DNA from: Isurus oxyrinchus
Lineage: Eukaryota
Assembly: GCA_026770705.1 (NCBI GenBank)
Contig: JANJGN010000009.1
Coordinates: forward strand, 163,804,001 to 163,868,000
Direction: 5' to 3'
DNA length: 64,000 nucleotides
Both the position numbers and the translations under genes were made by a program. Shown here in pieces: positions 49,468 through 62,797 of the stretch (positions are counted from its first letter, which is position 1; every line of letters begins with the position of its first letter). The notes under the pieces were generated by a model, which did no database searches, was not told the origin of the DNA, and saw only the letters and a program-made list of their open reading frames with translations.

Positions 49468-52400
49468 TATTATGATGCAGCTGAGCTAAATGCTGAGCGG
49501 TTCAAATCCAGGAGGGAAACTTGAACCAACTGTCATAACTAACTGTTGCAATTTGTATGATTGAAGATGCAGGCTTTAAATTCAGTAGTAATAAGACGAC
49601 TGAGTCTCAACAGGTTTTTATAAAACTAAATTAAACATTTATTAATACAAGAAAGATTGTGAGCACATGCATATGTTGACAAAATTACTACTATAATGTC
49701 TACAAAAATCCCCTAATTAATCTGGCTCCAAGTTATACCTCCATTAAGGCATCAGTAAAACACATGGATTTAAACAGACCCTGGGCAAAGCTCACTCTGG
49801 ACGGTCACATTCAAATTGAGTTTCTTTCAGCTCTGGCTCTTTGCAGACAGCGGCTTGAGGCTTACGGACTGGAGGCTTTAGTTCTTAGAATCGCTCTCCT
49901 TTTTACCAACAGCCTTCTAATCCTTTTTACATATTTTTCTCTTTGAATGCAATTTTCATTCTACCACTATTTCTTTTGAAATTTTAACTCTTCAAATAAT
50001 AAGACACTTTCATACGACCCACTTTATTAGTAATCCTTGGGAAAAATAAACAAACACACAGTTTCTGAGCTTCACCTGGTTAGGTGTAATATTTCACACC
50101 ATCTCTGAACCCAAGGTAGGGGAGTTAGTTTAAAGAAAAATGCAAATTGCCCCCATATTTACCTAATTAACATTTCAAACCTATCCTTTTCTATACATCA
50201 AAGCCTCTAGACAAGCTGGCTTTAATCCAATTAGGACACACACACACACAGAGGGCAGGATTTTCCGAGCCCGCTGGCAGCAGGTGTAATAAGTGGCATG
50301 TGTGGATAATATGGTGTGAGCTGCTTCACAATGGCAGCATGAAGGCAGGTTGTGATCGTCCGCTCAGCCCACCTACAGCGGGTCGTGCTTCCCGCTATCG
50401 GTCAGCGGGGAGCTAATTGTTATACATCAGCATGTAAATAAAAGGCCATCCTGCCAGGCTCTTGGAACCCGGCCGTATCCTCTGTCCACGTTAGCGGGAA
50501 AGCACGCCGACGTGATTCACAACAGCACACAGGCAATTTGTACCTGGTGGCCTTGACTCTGGGGGAAATGGGGTGAGTGAGCAGCAGCGTTCTCCACAGC
50601 TTGCCTGTTGTTTACAGACTTCAGGGATGCCTGACCCCGGATGTGACTGCTGAGAGGGGGGTCTCCGGGGGGGGTAAGAGCTGGCCAGCCTTGAAATGCT
50701 GAGGGCAAGGTGTCTAGTGGCAAGTGCTGGCTGCCTTGGAGGTGGATACTGAGGGGGAGATGTCCAGGGTCATGTGATGACCAACCTCAGAGGCGAATGG
50801 TGTCGGTGGCTCCATGCTCAGCACCATCTCAGATGCAGCCATTAAACTTAAGACGCATCTGGTGCTGTGTCCTCCTTCAGTACCTCAGCCCATTCAGGAG
50901 CTGGTGCGCAGTATCACTGGTCACAGATGCTGGTGTGATGGGGGTCAGTCCCACCTTAAAGATGCTGAGAGCTCACAGAGAGAATGACAGAACTCTGTGG
51001 GGCCTGCCCACTCCATTCTGGCAGCAATGCCCAGCCCCGCCGAGGTGCGGGCATCAGTAATGTGTCCAGGGAGTGTGAGGCTGGACCATCACTGTTATCT
51101 GAAGGTTGCACAGAGCACAGGGAAAAGGCCCTGGACTCATACACCTGCCCTTTATCTTGCACAGGAAGGTTTCACATCTGAGTGACAAGAACACTGCTCA
51201 TCAGAACAAGGAGCCACAGGCAGGGTGACATTCTTAGGAGTTTACTGACAATAGTGAACAATACGTACATGTGACCAACACCCGTACCCAGGCTGTGCAA
51301 CTACATTTCCCTAACTTTCCTAACCCTGCCACTAGACTTTGCTGCTCCCCGGACATCCACAGCAGAGGTGGAGCTAACCTGCTGCATGTGACGCCCTGTC
51401 TGTGATGACACTGGTGGGCGTCCTCTGGAGGGCTGAGACTTGGTGGGCCCCGGCCTGCTTTCGGGGTCCTGCTGTGTGGTAGTGGCCCCCTCCTCGGCCT
51501 GGGGGGCTGGAGCTGCTGAGATCCTAGGAAGAGGGGAGTCGGGTTGGCCAGTCACTCCCAGAACCTCCTGAGTCGATGGCCCCGGAGTGTGTACCTGCTG
51601 CTCCTCCTCCCTATCGGTGTCTGATGGCCCCTGGCTGACTCTAAGAGCGGAGGATGTAGCTGGAGTGAGATTGAGCTAATTGTAACCCCTCTCTCATACA
51701 CACTGTTGGAGGCTAAATATAGCATAAGCGATGGAGTTCACCATGCACAGCAGCACAGGAGTGACGTCCTGGGCCAAGGTCTCCATGGCAGCTGCCATCC
51801 TGCCAGTGTTGACCTCGGTGTATTGCAGCGCCGGAGTTATCACCTCAACCTGAAGATAGACGGACCCCTCCATCATGCCTTGCAATCTGAGGAGTGCAGC
51901 GGGCATCCCTTCCTGATGTTCCCGAGCTTGCCTTTGCAATTCCAGTAACTGTGACATGACTGAGCCCAGAGGCTGTCATCTGACTCGGACTCAGCAACAT
52001 TGTGGCCTCCAGCATCCTCTGAGGGGCAGGGGACCTGGGAAGTCCCTGCCTCCACCTGCTGTAGATCAAACAGTGCGATGTGCTCCCAGATTGTGATCCT
52101 CAGGCTACTCTAAAGCTAGGTCCCACTGAGGTGTGAGTCTCTGCGCTGGCAGAGGCTGTGGGTGAGCTCTGTGACAGAACTTCAGGGAGAGTGCCTTCAG
52201 ATTCCTCTTTAGAGGTTTCTTCAGGAGACCCTGGGTCATGGACTCTGTCGGCTGCTTCCCAGATGTGTCTGTGAAAGCAAGGGGAGATAATGAGTGCATG
52301 GCAGTGGCCTGTGATAAAGGACACATCCCTCACAGCATGGTTATCTGATGGGTGTTGCACTGCTGGACCCTCACTTGATAGGGCAGTGCCAACTTTACCA

Positions 52401-53358
52401 TCAGCACAGGACCGGCCCCGATCATTGCCGGTCAGCTGGATGGCTCTGCTTTCGAATTCTGTCAGAACTTTGATCTCCGGCATCCCTCCACCTGTCTCTG
52501 ACCTTTCCCCCCTGTTGTGTGCCAGTTTGTCCTGTGTGGATATGGATGGGGACAGTGTGTCAGGATGCCTGCAGGGGACAGATGATAAGTATGCCTGGCC
52601 TGTGTGGGTGGGGAGTGGTCCCGTGGACAGGGTGAGAACAATGAAGGTGTATGTGAACAGGTGAATGGTGACGTCCCTTGCACTTGCAGTGAGTGAGGGC
52701 CCTGTAGATGTGTGACGGGTTTGTGAGTGTGTGAGTTGGGTCTGTGAAAAGAGTGACTTACCCTGGAGGAACGGAGGAGATCATTCATCCTTTTGCGGTA
52801 CTGGGTGACTGTCCTCCTCTGCAGGACGTTCACACTGACCACCGCTGCCTCCACCTCCCAAGCCGGGTTGGGTACTTTGCTGCCCACCCTGCGGTCAGAG
52901 CGTGGGGTAGAGCACATGCCGGTGCCCCTCCACGGCATCCAGCAGTCGCTTGAGGGACCCATCAATGAAGCAGGGGTCTGCAGTCTTTTTTCCCTCTGCT
53001 GGCCATGTCTCCCAGGCAGGGGTGGTGAGCTGGTGGCGATGAGTGCTTTGATGGTAGCTGCCTTTTAAAGATGGTGGTCAGCGTGATGTAACAGCGGGGT
53101 GATGGTGCGTGGGCGAATGAGAGCCCGCTTGCCATGGAAACGGTGTGTTTCACGGGGGTGAATAAATAATGAGCCGGGTTCGGGATGATATGGTGTGAAA
53201 ACCCGTCATCTTCGTCGGCAGGTAGGACTCCATTTTACCCACCCGCTACCGCACTTAGTGCAATTCTGGGAAAATTCTGCCCACAGATACAGACACCACT
53301 AAACTCTCATTTAAAATAATTTCCAATAACATTATAAACATTAATATAATGCTTCACA
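49468..53358. mobile_element. Solo LTR interrupted by a Harbinger element
   Basis: 5-bp TSD CTTCA (49463-49467/53359-53363); homologous to 45358-46282. Confidence 0.6.
50253..53282 (-). mobile_element. ~3.0 kb PIF/Harbinger element with a decayed Myb/SANT-like DNA-binding gene; no transposase recognised
   Basis: TIRs GGGCAGGATTTTCC/GGAAAATTCTGCCC. Minus-strand MASRGKK...AWEVEAAVVSVNVLQRRTVTQYRKRMNDLLR followed by a GTAAGT donor. Confidence 0.8.
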
Positions 53359-53559
53359 CTTCAATAATATGTGTAACATGGGATGGAACCTTTATAACAG
53401 TAGAATGGGAGACCCACAGGTATAATAAAGAAGGTGTTTTCCTTTTAGAAACCTGATATGATCTTAATGTTATTATGTTATGATTTTTATCCATATTTTA
53501 GCAAATACAATCTACACTTGTGAGGAATTCCCTGTTTCCTAATGACCACAAGCGCAGTT

Positions 53560-54430
53560 TCAAGCACGAAGCCTGATTCCCTGTTTGACCACCTCCTCTC
53601 TTGCCCCCTCCATTGCCTCTGTGCTGTCAGACTGCCTGTCCAGCTGTTTGGCCAACAGCCAGTCCCAAATTACAACTGAACATTGTGAAGACTGAAGCCA
53701 CTGTCTTTGTCCCCACTACAAACACTTTTCCTTATAGCCACTGATTCTATCCACCTCCCTGTCCAATTGAGTTTTCATCCAATGTTGTTCTTACCTACAA
53801 ATTCGACTGCTCCAATACCATCCTAGTTGACCTTACATCTTCCACCCTGAACCAACTTAAGCTCATCAAAACCTTTGCTGCCAGTTTTACGATGAGTAAG
53901 GCTCTATATCAATGCAAGTTATTGTTCTTGTGCTCCACAATTCCCGGTAGGAAGTAACATGTTGGACCAGAAAGTGCAGGAGAGGTTTAGAGGAATGGTT
54001 CCAAGAATAAGCAACTTCAGTTACGAAGATAAATTGGAGAGATTGGGACTGTTCTCCTTGGGAAGGAGAAGGCTAAGAGGAGATTTAATCGAGGTGTTCA
54101 GAATCATGAGGGGGCTGGATAGAGTAGAGAGGGAGAAACTGTTCCCACTCGTAAAAGGGTTGAGAACAAGAGGGCACAGATTTAATGAGATTTGCAAGAG
54201 AAGCAACTGTGATGTGAGAAATGAACATTTCCACATGAGTAGCTCGAGTTTGGAAAGCGCTGCCTAGAGTGTGGTGGATGCAAGTTTAATTGAGTCTTTC
54301 AACGCAGCATTAGATTATTATTTGAAAAGAAACAATGTGCAAGGATACAGGGAAAAATCAGGAGAATGGCACGAAGTCATATTGCTCATTTGGAGAGCCG
54401 GTGCAGACACGATCGGCCAGGTGATCTCTA
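53560..54430 (+). mobile_element. L2 fragment followed by a CR1 3' end
   Basis: LQLNIVKTEA (L2); KLERLGLFSLGRRRLRGDLIEVFRIMRG (CR1). Confidence 0.75.
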
Positions 54431-54816
54431 CTGGATTCTACTGGACTCATCAGAAATCCAGTAGGGATTCCAGTTGCTTCAGCTAAATTGAGCTGGAACC
54501 ACAGCACCTGTTCCCAATTGGACTAGGAGTCAGAGAGGGACAATGCAAGAACTGGGGCATAAACTCTCATTCAGTGGGTGGTGCAGTCTGAGGAGGACCT
54601 GAGAAGGCTTCGAGAGAAAGGTGGGAAAGTGGGAGAAAGGGAGGCAGAGACAGAAGCATCCTTACATTGTCCCCAGAGTTGGTCACTCTGGCAGAATCAG
54701 CATCAGCCTCAGGGAAGGAGGCAACAGTGGAGGAGACGACAGTGGCGGAGGTGGAGGTGGCGATAGCAGCGGAACTGAAGGTTGCAGTGAAGTCAGCAAC
54801 AACAGTGGAGAAGGAT

Positions 54817-55329
54817 GAGGTGGAGCTGGTGACTGAGGAGGCTGAGGTGGAGGCAGTGACTGAGGAGGCTGAGGTGGACGTGGTGACTGAGGAGGCTGAG
54901 GTGGAGGCAGTGACTGAGGAGGCTGAGGTGGACGTGGTGACTGAGGAGGCTGAGGTGGAGGCAGTGACTGAGTAGGTTGAGGTGGAGGCAGTGACTGAGG
55001 AGGCTGAGGTGGAGGCAGTGACTGAGGAGGCTGAGGTGGAGGCAGTGACTGAGGAGGCTGAGGTGGAGGCAGTGACTGAGGAGGTTGAGGTAGAGGTGGT
55101 GACTGAGGAGGCTGAGGTGGAGGCAGTGACTGAGGAGGCTGAAGTGGAGGCAGTGACTGAGGAGGCTGAGGTGGAGGCAGTGGCTGAGGAGGCTGAGGTG
55201 GAGGCAGTGACTGAGGAGGCTGAGATGGAGGCAGTGACTGAGGAGGCTGAGGTGGAGGTGGTGCCTGAGGAGGCTGAGGTGGAGGCCGTGACTGAGGAGG
55301 CTGAGGTGGAGGTGGTTGCCGAGGCGATG
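54817..55329 (+). repeat. 27-bp G-rich minisatellite, 19 units
   Basis: Same unit as the 26896 array. Confidence 0.95.
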
Positions 55330-56244
55330 GAGGTAGTGAATGTGGGGGTGGAGGAGGAGACATCAGCAGCGGCAGCAGCAGAGACAGTGACTGAGGCTGA
55401 GGAGGGGGAGGCAGCGGCTGTGACAGTGACAGAGGGAGAAGCAGCGAAGGCGGCAGCAGCAAAGGCTGAGGCCACAGTGAGGGAGGCTGTGGAGAGGGAG
55501 CTGGAGGTGGGGCAGAGGCAGCGAGGAGACGGTACGAGACCAGGAGCAGCAACAAAACCTGCCTTGTGGTTTGTGAGGCTCAGGGCAATGGCGACTGTGA
55601 GTTGATATCTTCCATGTGCCATGTGTGTGTCTCCGAGTCAGCGCACCGGACCACACTGCTTCTGCCCGATTAGGGCGCTTCAGTGGAGTCCGACACCAGT
55701 CCAGTGCCACCCAGCTCCCATTCCCGAGGACAGGTGATGGAACCTGCCCAGTGCCAGGATGAGCTGCTTGGTAAGATCGGGAGGTGGGAAGTAGAGAAGG
55801 CAGCCGACCAGGAAAAGCTGGAGGATATCTCCAGGATTAATGACTGTCTCCAAGAAGAAACTCTTGTAGCCTTCAGGCAGGGTATATATATGTTTATATA
55901 GCTGCAATTTACAGTTACCTGCCACATCCCTTTTAACACTTTCTAATGCAGCATCGCTCTGATCAGAATCAGATTTATTGGGGTTGTGCAAATGTCTCCC
56001 CAGCCTCTGATATAACAATAAAAAGCTGCTTTTTCCTTTCCAGTTGCAGTAAGAGGAATGTCCCAGCCTCTCAATGTGACAGGGCAGCCCAGGACTATGT
56101 CTCTCAGTGCAACACCCAGGAACACACACAGTGCAGCCCCCACATTGATTGTTCCAGTTGTGCGGGGAAAGCGTGCATGTGGAGTAAGTGTACAATTGGG
56201 AAGATATTGATTCTCACAACATTTCCACGGCTTTAAATCAAATT

Positions 56245-56347
56245 GAGTTCTGTTGAAGGGTCATGAGGACTCGAAACTTCAACTTTGCTCTTCTCCGCCG
56301 ATGCTGACAGACCTGCTGAGTTTTTCCACTTATTTCTGTTTTTGTTT
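56245..56347 (+). mobile_element. ~100-bp Penelope-like insertion specific to cassette copy 3
   Basis: Absent at the paralogous site ~28365; matches 15515-15616. Confidence 0.75.
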
Positions 56348-56529
56348 TATTCTGAATGTTTTGTCTGGAGTCAATTACAAGCAGCGTAGACAATGTCTGT
56401 GTTTTAATTGTGTCTGGCTGTCCTCGTTTTTCACAATAAAATTTGCCAGGCTTTTACTCAACTTTTATTCTGAGTGTTTTTTCTGAGTTTATGGAGATAT
56501 AACCTCATATTCTGCTGAAATGCACTTTA

Positions 56530-56874
56530 NNNNNNNNNNNNNNNNNNNNNNNNNNNNNNNNNNNNNNNNNNNNNNNNNNNNNNNNNNNNNNNNNNNNNNN
56601 NNNNNNNNNNNNNNNNNNNNNNNNNNNNNNNNNNNNNNNNNNNNNNNNNNNNNNNNNNNNNNNNNNNNNNNNNNNNNNNNNNNNNNNNNNNNNNNNNNNN
56701 NNNNNNNNNNNNNNNNNNNNNNNNNNNNNNNNNNNNNNNNNNNNNNNNNNNNNNNNNNNNNNNNNNNNNNNNNNNNNNNNNNNNNNNNNNNNNNNNNNNN
56801 NNNNNNNNNNNNNNNNNNNNNNNNNNNNNNNNNNNNNNNNNNNNNNNNNNNNNNNNNNNNNNNNNNNNNNNNNN
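56530..56874. other. Assembly gap (345 N)
   Basis: Run of N. Confidence 1.
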
Positions 56875-57350
56875 CCCACACACACACACACAAACACAGT
56901 CAAACATATGCACACACACAAATATCCTCAATAACCCCACAAACACCGATACGCACAGACAGCAATATCGTCCATCACCCCACACACACACACAGAAACC
57001 TAAGCACACACAGTAATATCCTCAATCACCCCCCCACACACACACACATACACACACACACACAAACCTAAGCACACACAATAATATCCTCAATCACCCA
57101 CACACACACACACACACATACACACACACATACACACACACACACACACAAACATAAGCACACATAGTAATATCCTCAATCACCCCCACACACACACACT
57201 CATTCACACACACACACACATACACACACACACACACAAACCTAAGCACACACAGTAATATCCTCAATCACTCCCACACACACACACATACACACACACA
57301 CACACACACAAACATAAGCACACACAGTAATATCCTCAATTACCACCCAC

Positions 57351-57387
<37 letters not shown>

Positions 57388-57465
57388 GCACACACAAACA
57401 TAAGCACACACACTAATATCCTCAATCACCCACACACCCACACACATACACACACACACAAACAT
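56875..57465 (+). repeat. Compound (CA)n / AATATCCTCAATCACC minisatellite, ~8 units
   Basis: Units visible directly; only one unit at the paralogous 28550-28630. Confidence 0.9.
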
Positions 57466-58239
57466 GGGAATGCGTGATTCAGTTCATTGTTGACATTCTT
57501 GATCCTCATTTGGCCCTGCAATATATCAGTGCACCAGCAATAAACACCAACAGATAAACGGGAAAAGTAACCAGTTTGGACCAGTACTACTTACATCACC
57601 AGTATTTCTGGCTGTTCCTACTGGGCGACCGGTAATACCGCTGATATTGACAGTTTTACTGGTCCTACCTAGTTCAGAACTGGTCTTGATTTACCAGTTT
57701 GGAATTGGGATCTACTGGTGTCAGTATTACAGGGACTTCCTTCTGGGAATGACAATAAATGAATGTGCTTCTCAACTCACTGCATTGTCAACCTGAGGTC
57801 CATTGCTTTAGACATGTAAGAGTGAAGACTTTACCCATGTGGAACAGATTGCCTTTAGAGGCCTGAGTTTCCTTCCAGTTTCAATGGTTGAAAACTTTTT
57901 GTTGTGTACAGAATGGTGAGGGTGGATGTTCAATCCTAAATGAACGTAGTTCAGTTTCAGCGCAGTTCATTAACTCCACAAATAATTTAACGGTTGATGA
58001 CCAACGTAAATAAAGAGTTGAACTCTGAAAAAAATGTTTTCAAAGCTGTTGCACCTTGTCATGTAGATGGTGGCTTGAAACCACAAGAAAAATGTGCTGC
58101 TATTGTTAGGATTGAGGTGTGACAGAAAGCTGTGGATGTACAACAGGTGTTAGTCACAAAATGAAGGGTTGTGTTTGCAAATGGGAGAAGAAGAAGAATT
58201 GCATTGTTACAGGGCAAACACGTTGGCAGTAAGTGTTTG

Positions 58240-61200
58240 AAGGTTAAGCAGCTTCAGCTCAGAACAGACACTGCGACGCATCAGGGAGAAGGAAAGTTAC
58301 CTGGATTCTTTGTGCCAGGAGGCAATCACAGCTCTTAGGACAGGGTGAGTGTGACTGCGAGTGCGGCAGGTAAAGGGACCCAGAGGGCAGGAGCGCAGGA
58401 GCCTCAGCCTTTACAATTGTTCTACAGGTCTGAACTTTTCTCAGCTTGTTTGGACAAGAGCAGCGGGTGAGCAGGGGGGATGAGCGAACTGACCATGGCA
58501 CCATGGCACAGGAAGCCATCCAAGTGGGGGGAGCAAACAGGAATGTAGCGGGAGTGAGGGATAGTATAGTCAGAGGGATTGACACCGTTCTCTGCAGCAA
58601 ACAGCGTGAGTCCACACGACCATGTTGCCTGCCCGGTGCCAGGGTGTGGGATGTCGGCTCGGGGCTGGGGAGGAACTTGCATTGGGAGGGGGAGCACCCA
58701 GTCATCGTGGTCCATGTAAGCACCAACGACATAGGCAGCACAGAGAAGGAGATTCTGCACAATCAGTGTGAGGAATGAGGCATCAGATTAAGAAGCAGAA
58801 CCTCAAAGGTCATAACCTATGGATTATTACCTGAGCCATGTGCAAATTGCCACAGGACCAATCAGACTCAGGAGGTGAATGTGGCTCAAAGGCTGGTGTG
58901 GAAGAAGTGGGTTCTGGTTTGTAGGGCACAAGAGCCAGTACTGGGGAAAGTGGGATCTGTACCATTGGGATGGTCTACACCTGAACCGTGCTGGGACCAG
59001 TGTTCTTGCAAGCCACATAACTAGGGAGGTAGAGAGGGTTTTAAACTAAATAGTGGACAACAGATCATATTTGGGATAATGTTGTAATTCAAGGAGCAGA
59101 AACAAGTCAAAAGATAAAGGTATTATTAGGAAAAATGAAAAACAGACACTGACAAGGGGGGATAGAGAGAACAAATCTAACAGTAAATCAACAGATGAAA
59201 CTGAAGGGTATAAAAAGCATAAAAGGATAAAACTAAAAGCTCTGTATCTGAATGCACGTAGCATTCAAAACAAAACAGATGAACTGAGAGCGCACATAGA
59301 AATCAATAATTACAATTTGATAGCCATTACGGAGACTTGGCTGCAGGAGGACATGGATCGGGATTTGAATATTGAAGGGTACAGGGTACTTAGGAAAGAC
59401 AGGAAGCGAGGAAAAGGTGTAGCGGTGGCTCTGTTAGTGAATGATGGTATTAGTACAAGAGAGGAAGAAATAATTGGAGCTTGTCAGAAAGTCATGGTGA
59501 TAATCATGGGAGACTTTAATTTACATATAGACTGGAAAAGTCAGATGGGCAAAGATAGCCTAACGGAGGAGTACATTGAATGTTTTCAAGATAGTTTCTG
59601 AGCGCGGGATGTTCTGGATTCAGCCAGACAGCAGGCTATACTAGACCTGCTATTGTGCAATGAGATGGGAGGAATTAACGATCTCATCATGAAGATGACC
59701 CTAGGAAACAATGACCATAATAGGATGAATTTTACATTCAGTTTGAAGGAGAGAGGAGTGGGTCTGAGTCTAAGGCCCTGCTGCTGGTGGGACTCGCTGT
59801 GGGGGAGGCAGTTCCCCAGCCAGAAGCCCCACTGACTTGCGACAGGACAGGAAGGGCCGGCGAGCGGGTGTGGAAAATCCCACTGTAAGTTTTTAAACTT
59901 TAATAAGTGCAATTATAAGGACATGAAAGCTGGGATGGCTAAAGTGAATTGGCAAAATAGGTTAAGGGACAGGTCAATCGAGATGCAATGGCTCATATTT
60001 AAGGGGATATTTCAGAATGCACATTCCAACGAGTAAGAAAAAGTCTAAGTGACGGACACACCATCCGTGGTTAACTTAAATGTTTAAACATAATATCAAA
60101 CTCAAAGGAAAAGTATATAATTCTGCAAAGACAGGTGGCAGGTCAGAAGATTGGACAGAATAAAAGGAACAGCAAAGAATGACTAAAAGACTAATAAGAA
60201 GGGAAAATTTAGTTTATGAGAGAAAGGTAGCCAGGAATATAACAACAGATAGGAAGAGTTTTTATAAGTACGTAAAAAAGAAAAGAGTGAACAAAGTGTG
60301 TGCTGGTCCTATAGAAGGTGAGCCTGGAGAATTGATAATGGAAAACAAGGAGATGGCAGATGAATTGAACAGGCATTTTGCACCAGTCATATTGAAAATG
60401 TTAGAAGCTATTATTAAAGAAATTATAGCAGGACACTTGGATAAGGTCATGGTCATCAGGCAGAATCAACATGGTTTTGTGAAAGGGAAATCTGTTCAAC
60501 CAGTTTTTTGGAGTTCTTTGAGGAAGTAACATGTGCTGTGGATAAAGGGAACTGGTGGATGTACTGTACTGAGGCTTCTAGAAGGCATTTCATAAGTTAT
60601 TGTGGAAAATAAAAGCTCATGGTATAGGGGGTCACATACTGGTATGGATAGAAAATTGTCTGGCTAACAAGAAACAGAGAGTAGGCATGAATGAGTCTTT
60701 TTTAGTTTGGCAAGATATAAGAGTGTTGTGGCACAGGGATCATTGCTGGGACCTCAACAGTTTGCACTTAATATCAACGACTTGGATGAAGGGTTTGAAG
60801 GGATGGTTTCTGAATTTGCTGATGACACAAAAATAGGTAGAAAGTAAGTTGTGAGGGGGACATAAGGAGGCTACAAAAAGATATAGATAGGTTTAGACAG
60901 TGGGCACTGATCTGGAAAATGGAGTATAATGTGGGAAAATGTAAAATTGTCCATTTTGGCAGGAAGAATAAAAGAGAAGCATGTTATCTTAATGGTGAGA
61001 GATTGCAGAGCTCTGAGGTGCAGAGGGATCTGGCTGTCCTAGTGCATGAATCACAAAAGGTTAGTATGGAGATACCGCAAGTAATTAGGAAAGCTGATAG
61101 AATGATTTCATTTATTGTGAGGGAGATTGAATTCAAAAGTAGGGAAGTTATTCTTCATCTGCATAGGGCACTAGTGAGACTACATTTGGAGGACTCTGTA

Positions 61201-61570
61201 CAGTATTGGTCACATTATTTAAGGAAGGATGTAAATGCATTGGAAGCAGTTCAGAGAAGGTTTACCAGGCTAATACCAGGAATGGGTGGATTGTCTAATG
61301 AGGAAAGGTTGGACAGACTAGGCTTCTATCTGCTGGAGTTTAGAAGAGTAAGAGGCGAATTGATTGAAACATATAAGTTCCTGAGGGGACTTGACAGGGT
61401 GAGTGCAGAGAGGATGTTTCCTCTTGTGGGAAAATGTGGGGTCACCAATTTAGAACAGAGATTAGGTGATTTTTTTTAACTCAGAGGCTCGTGAGTCTTT
61501 GGAAATCTCTTCCTGAAAAGGTGGTGAAGGGGAGTCTTCGAATATTTTTAAGGCAGAGGTGGAGTGGCAC
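58240..61570 (+). mobile_element. Cassette copy of the degenerate CR1 LINE
   Basis: Paralogous to 29400-32750. Confidence 0.88.
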
Positions 61571-61706
61571 AAATCAGCAGTAACTTGTGGCAATTCACGA
61601 TTCATTGGCTTTTTTCTTCATCGCCAAAAGTTGCTGACTGATTTTCACATTAAAAGAGGTGTTCGTAGTTCATACCCCATTATATTTTCAGTAAGTTCTA
61701 GCCCAT

Positions 61707-62300
61707 TGTTATAGAATTGATTTTCCAGGCAACTTTTCTGGGTGGAAACATTGAACTTTATTTACAAGACAGCAGCAGCAGCTACATGTGTGTATCTAAC
61801 TCTATAACTAAAGGACAACTCCCCCATGGAGGTTCCCCATGCTGCAAACTGGTTGGATCACACAGATCATGTTCTCTTACCAGAAAGGATTATTTTTAAT
61901 GTTACAGTCCTACATTGATCAAAACTATAATTATTACATTCCTCACCCTTTACCTTTTCTGTACATTTGTATTTACAAGGATGTTGATCTCATGACATTA
62001 AAATACTTCCACAGGTCATGAAATTATAAGCTTGGTCTTTCAAGTGGTTTCCTGATCCATGTGGAACGTTTTAGTTTCACGACCTCAGATTCTCTGACAG
62101 GAACCACAGTCTCTGCAATAACATCAGGTACCTCATTAGGCACAGGCAGATCAGTGTCGTCCACTCCGACAGAGACATCGGGCATGACTATCCTTGGCTG
62201 TACAATTTTAACAGGAACAACAGGTTCAACAATGGCTACAATTGGAACATCATTTTGTGGGGTATCTCCATTCTTTTTAAATCAATCAGATGCTAATGGG
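61707..62300 (-). mobile_element. Cassette copy of the Gypsy relic
   Basis: Paralogous to 32882-33470. Confidence 0.6.
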
Positions 62301-62611
62301 TGATCTACAAAGATTAGCAAATAAAACCAAAATGTTAAGAAATCTCTGTATTCAATTTGACAACTAAATTTCAGAAATGAAAAAAGTACTTCTGTTCCTG
62401 TGGGGTTTGTGGAAATTGGGAGGGGGTTCCTGTTCTAACTCACCTCACAATTCAGTATCAATACTAGCTCAGCTCATCATTATCCATATGTTCTAACATT
62501 TTAACATTCTGGTTTTCAGGATTTTATATCCTCAATGAAAATTAGATTTGTTCTTTTGTTAAATATAACTGACAGAAGTTCACGTTCTTAGGGGTCAGAT
62601 TTCATCAGATG

Positions 62612-62665
62612 CCTTAATATGGCTTCATGACCTGGCTTCCTGCTATCTTCTTCCTCATTTAAATT
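62612..62665 (+). promoter_or_regulatory. Putative proximal promoter of gene C (ETS/PU.1-like sites kept, RUNX site mutated)
   Basis: Paralogous to 33780-33830, with TATGGCTT in place of TGTGGTTT. Confidence 0.4.
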
Positions 62666-62760
62666 CCTTGTATCATTTATATTAGACACTTACTTCGATG
62701 TGAGAAACAAGAGCTGAGTGTCTGGAAACAAGTTCTGTCCTGATCTTTGTGAACAAAACG

Positions 62761-62797
62761 ATGTGGATTTTGATTCTCCTCATTAGTTCTCTGCCCG
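62761..62797 (+). CDS. Gene C signal-peptide exon (third receptor paralogue, continues past the window)
   Basis: ATG...CCCG|gtgagt reading MWILILLISSLP, inside the third cassette copy. Confidence 0.8.

Noticed and set aside
56489-57071. ORFs spanning the N run
   Set aside because: Artefacts of the assembly gap and CA repeats.
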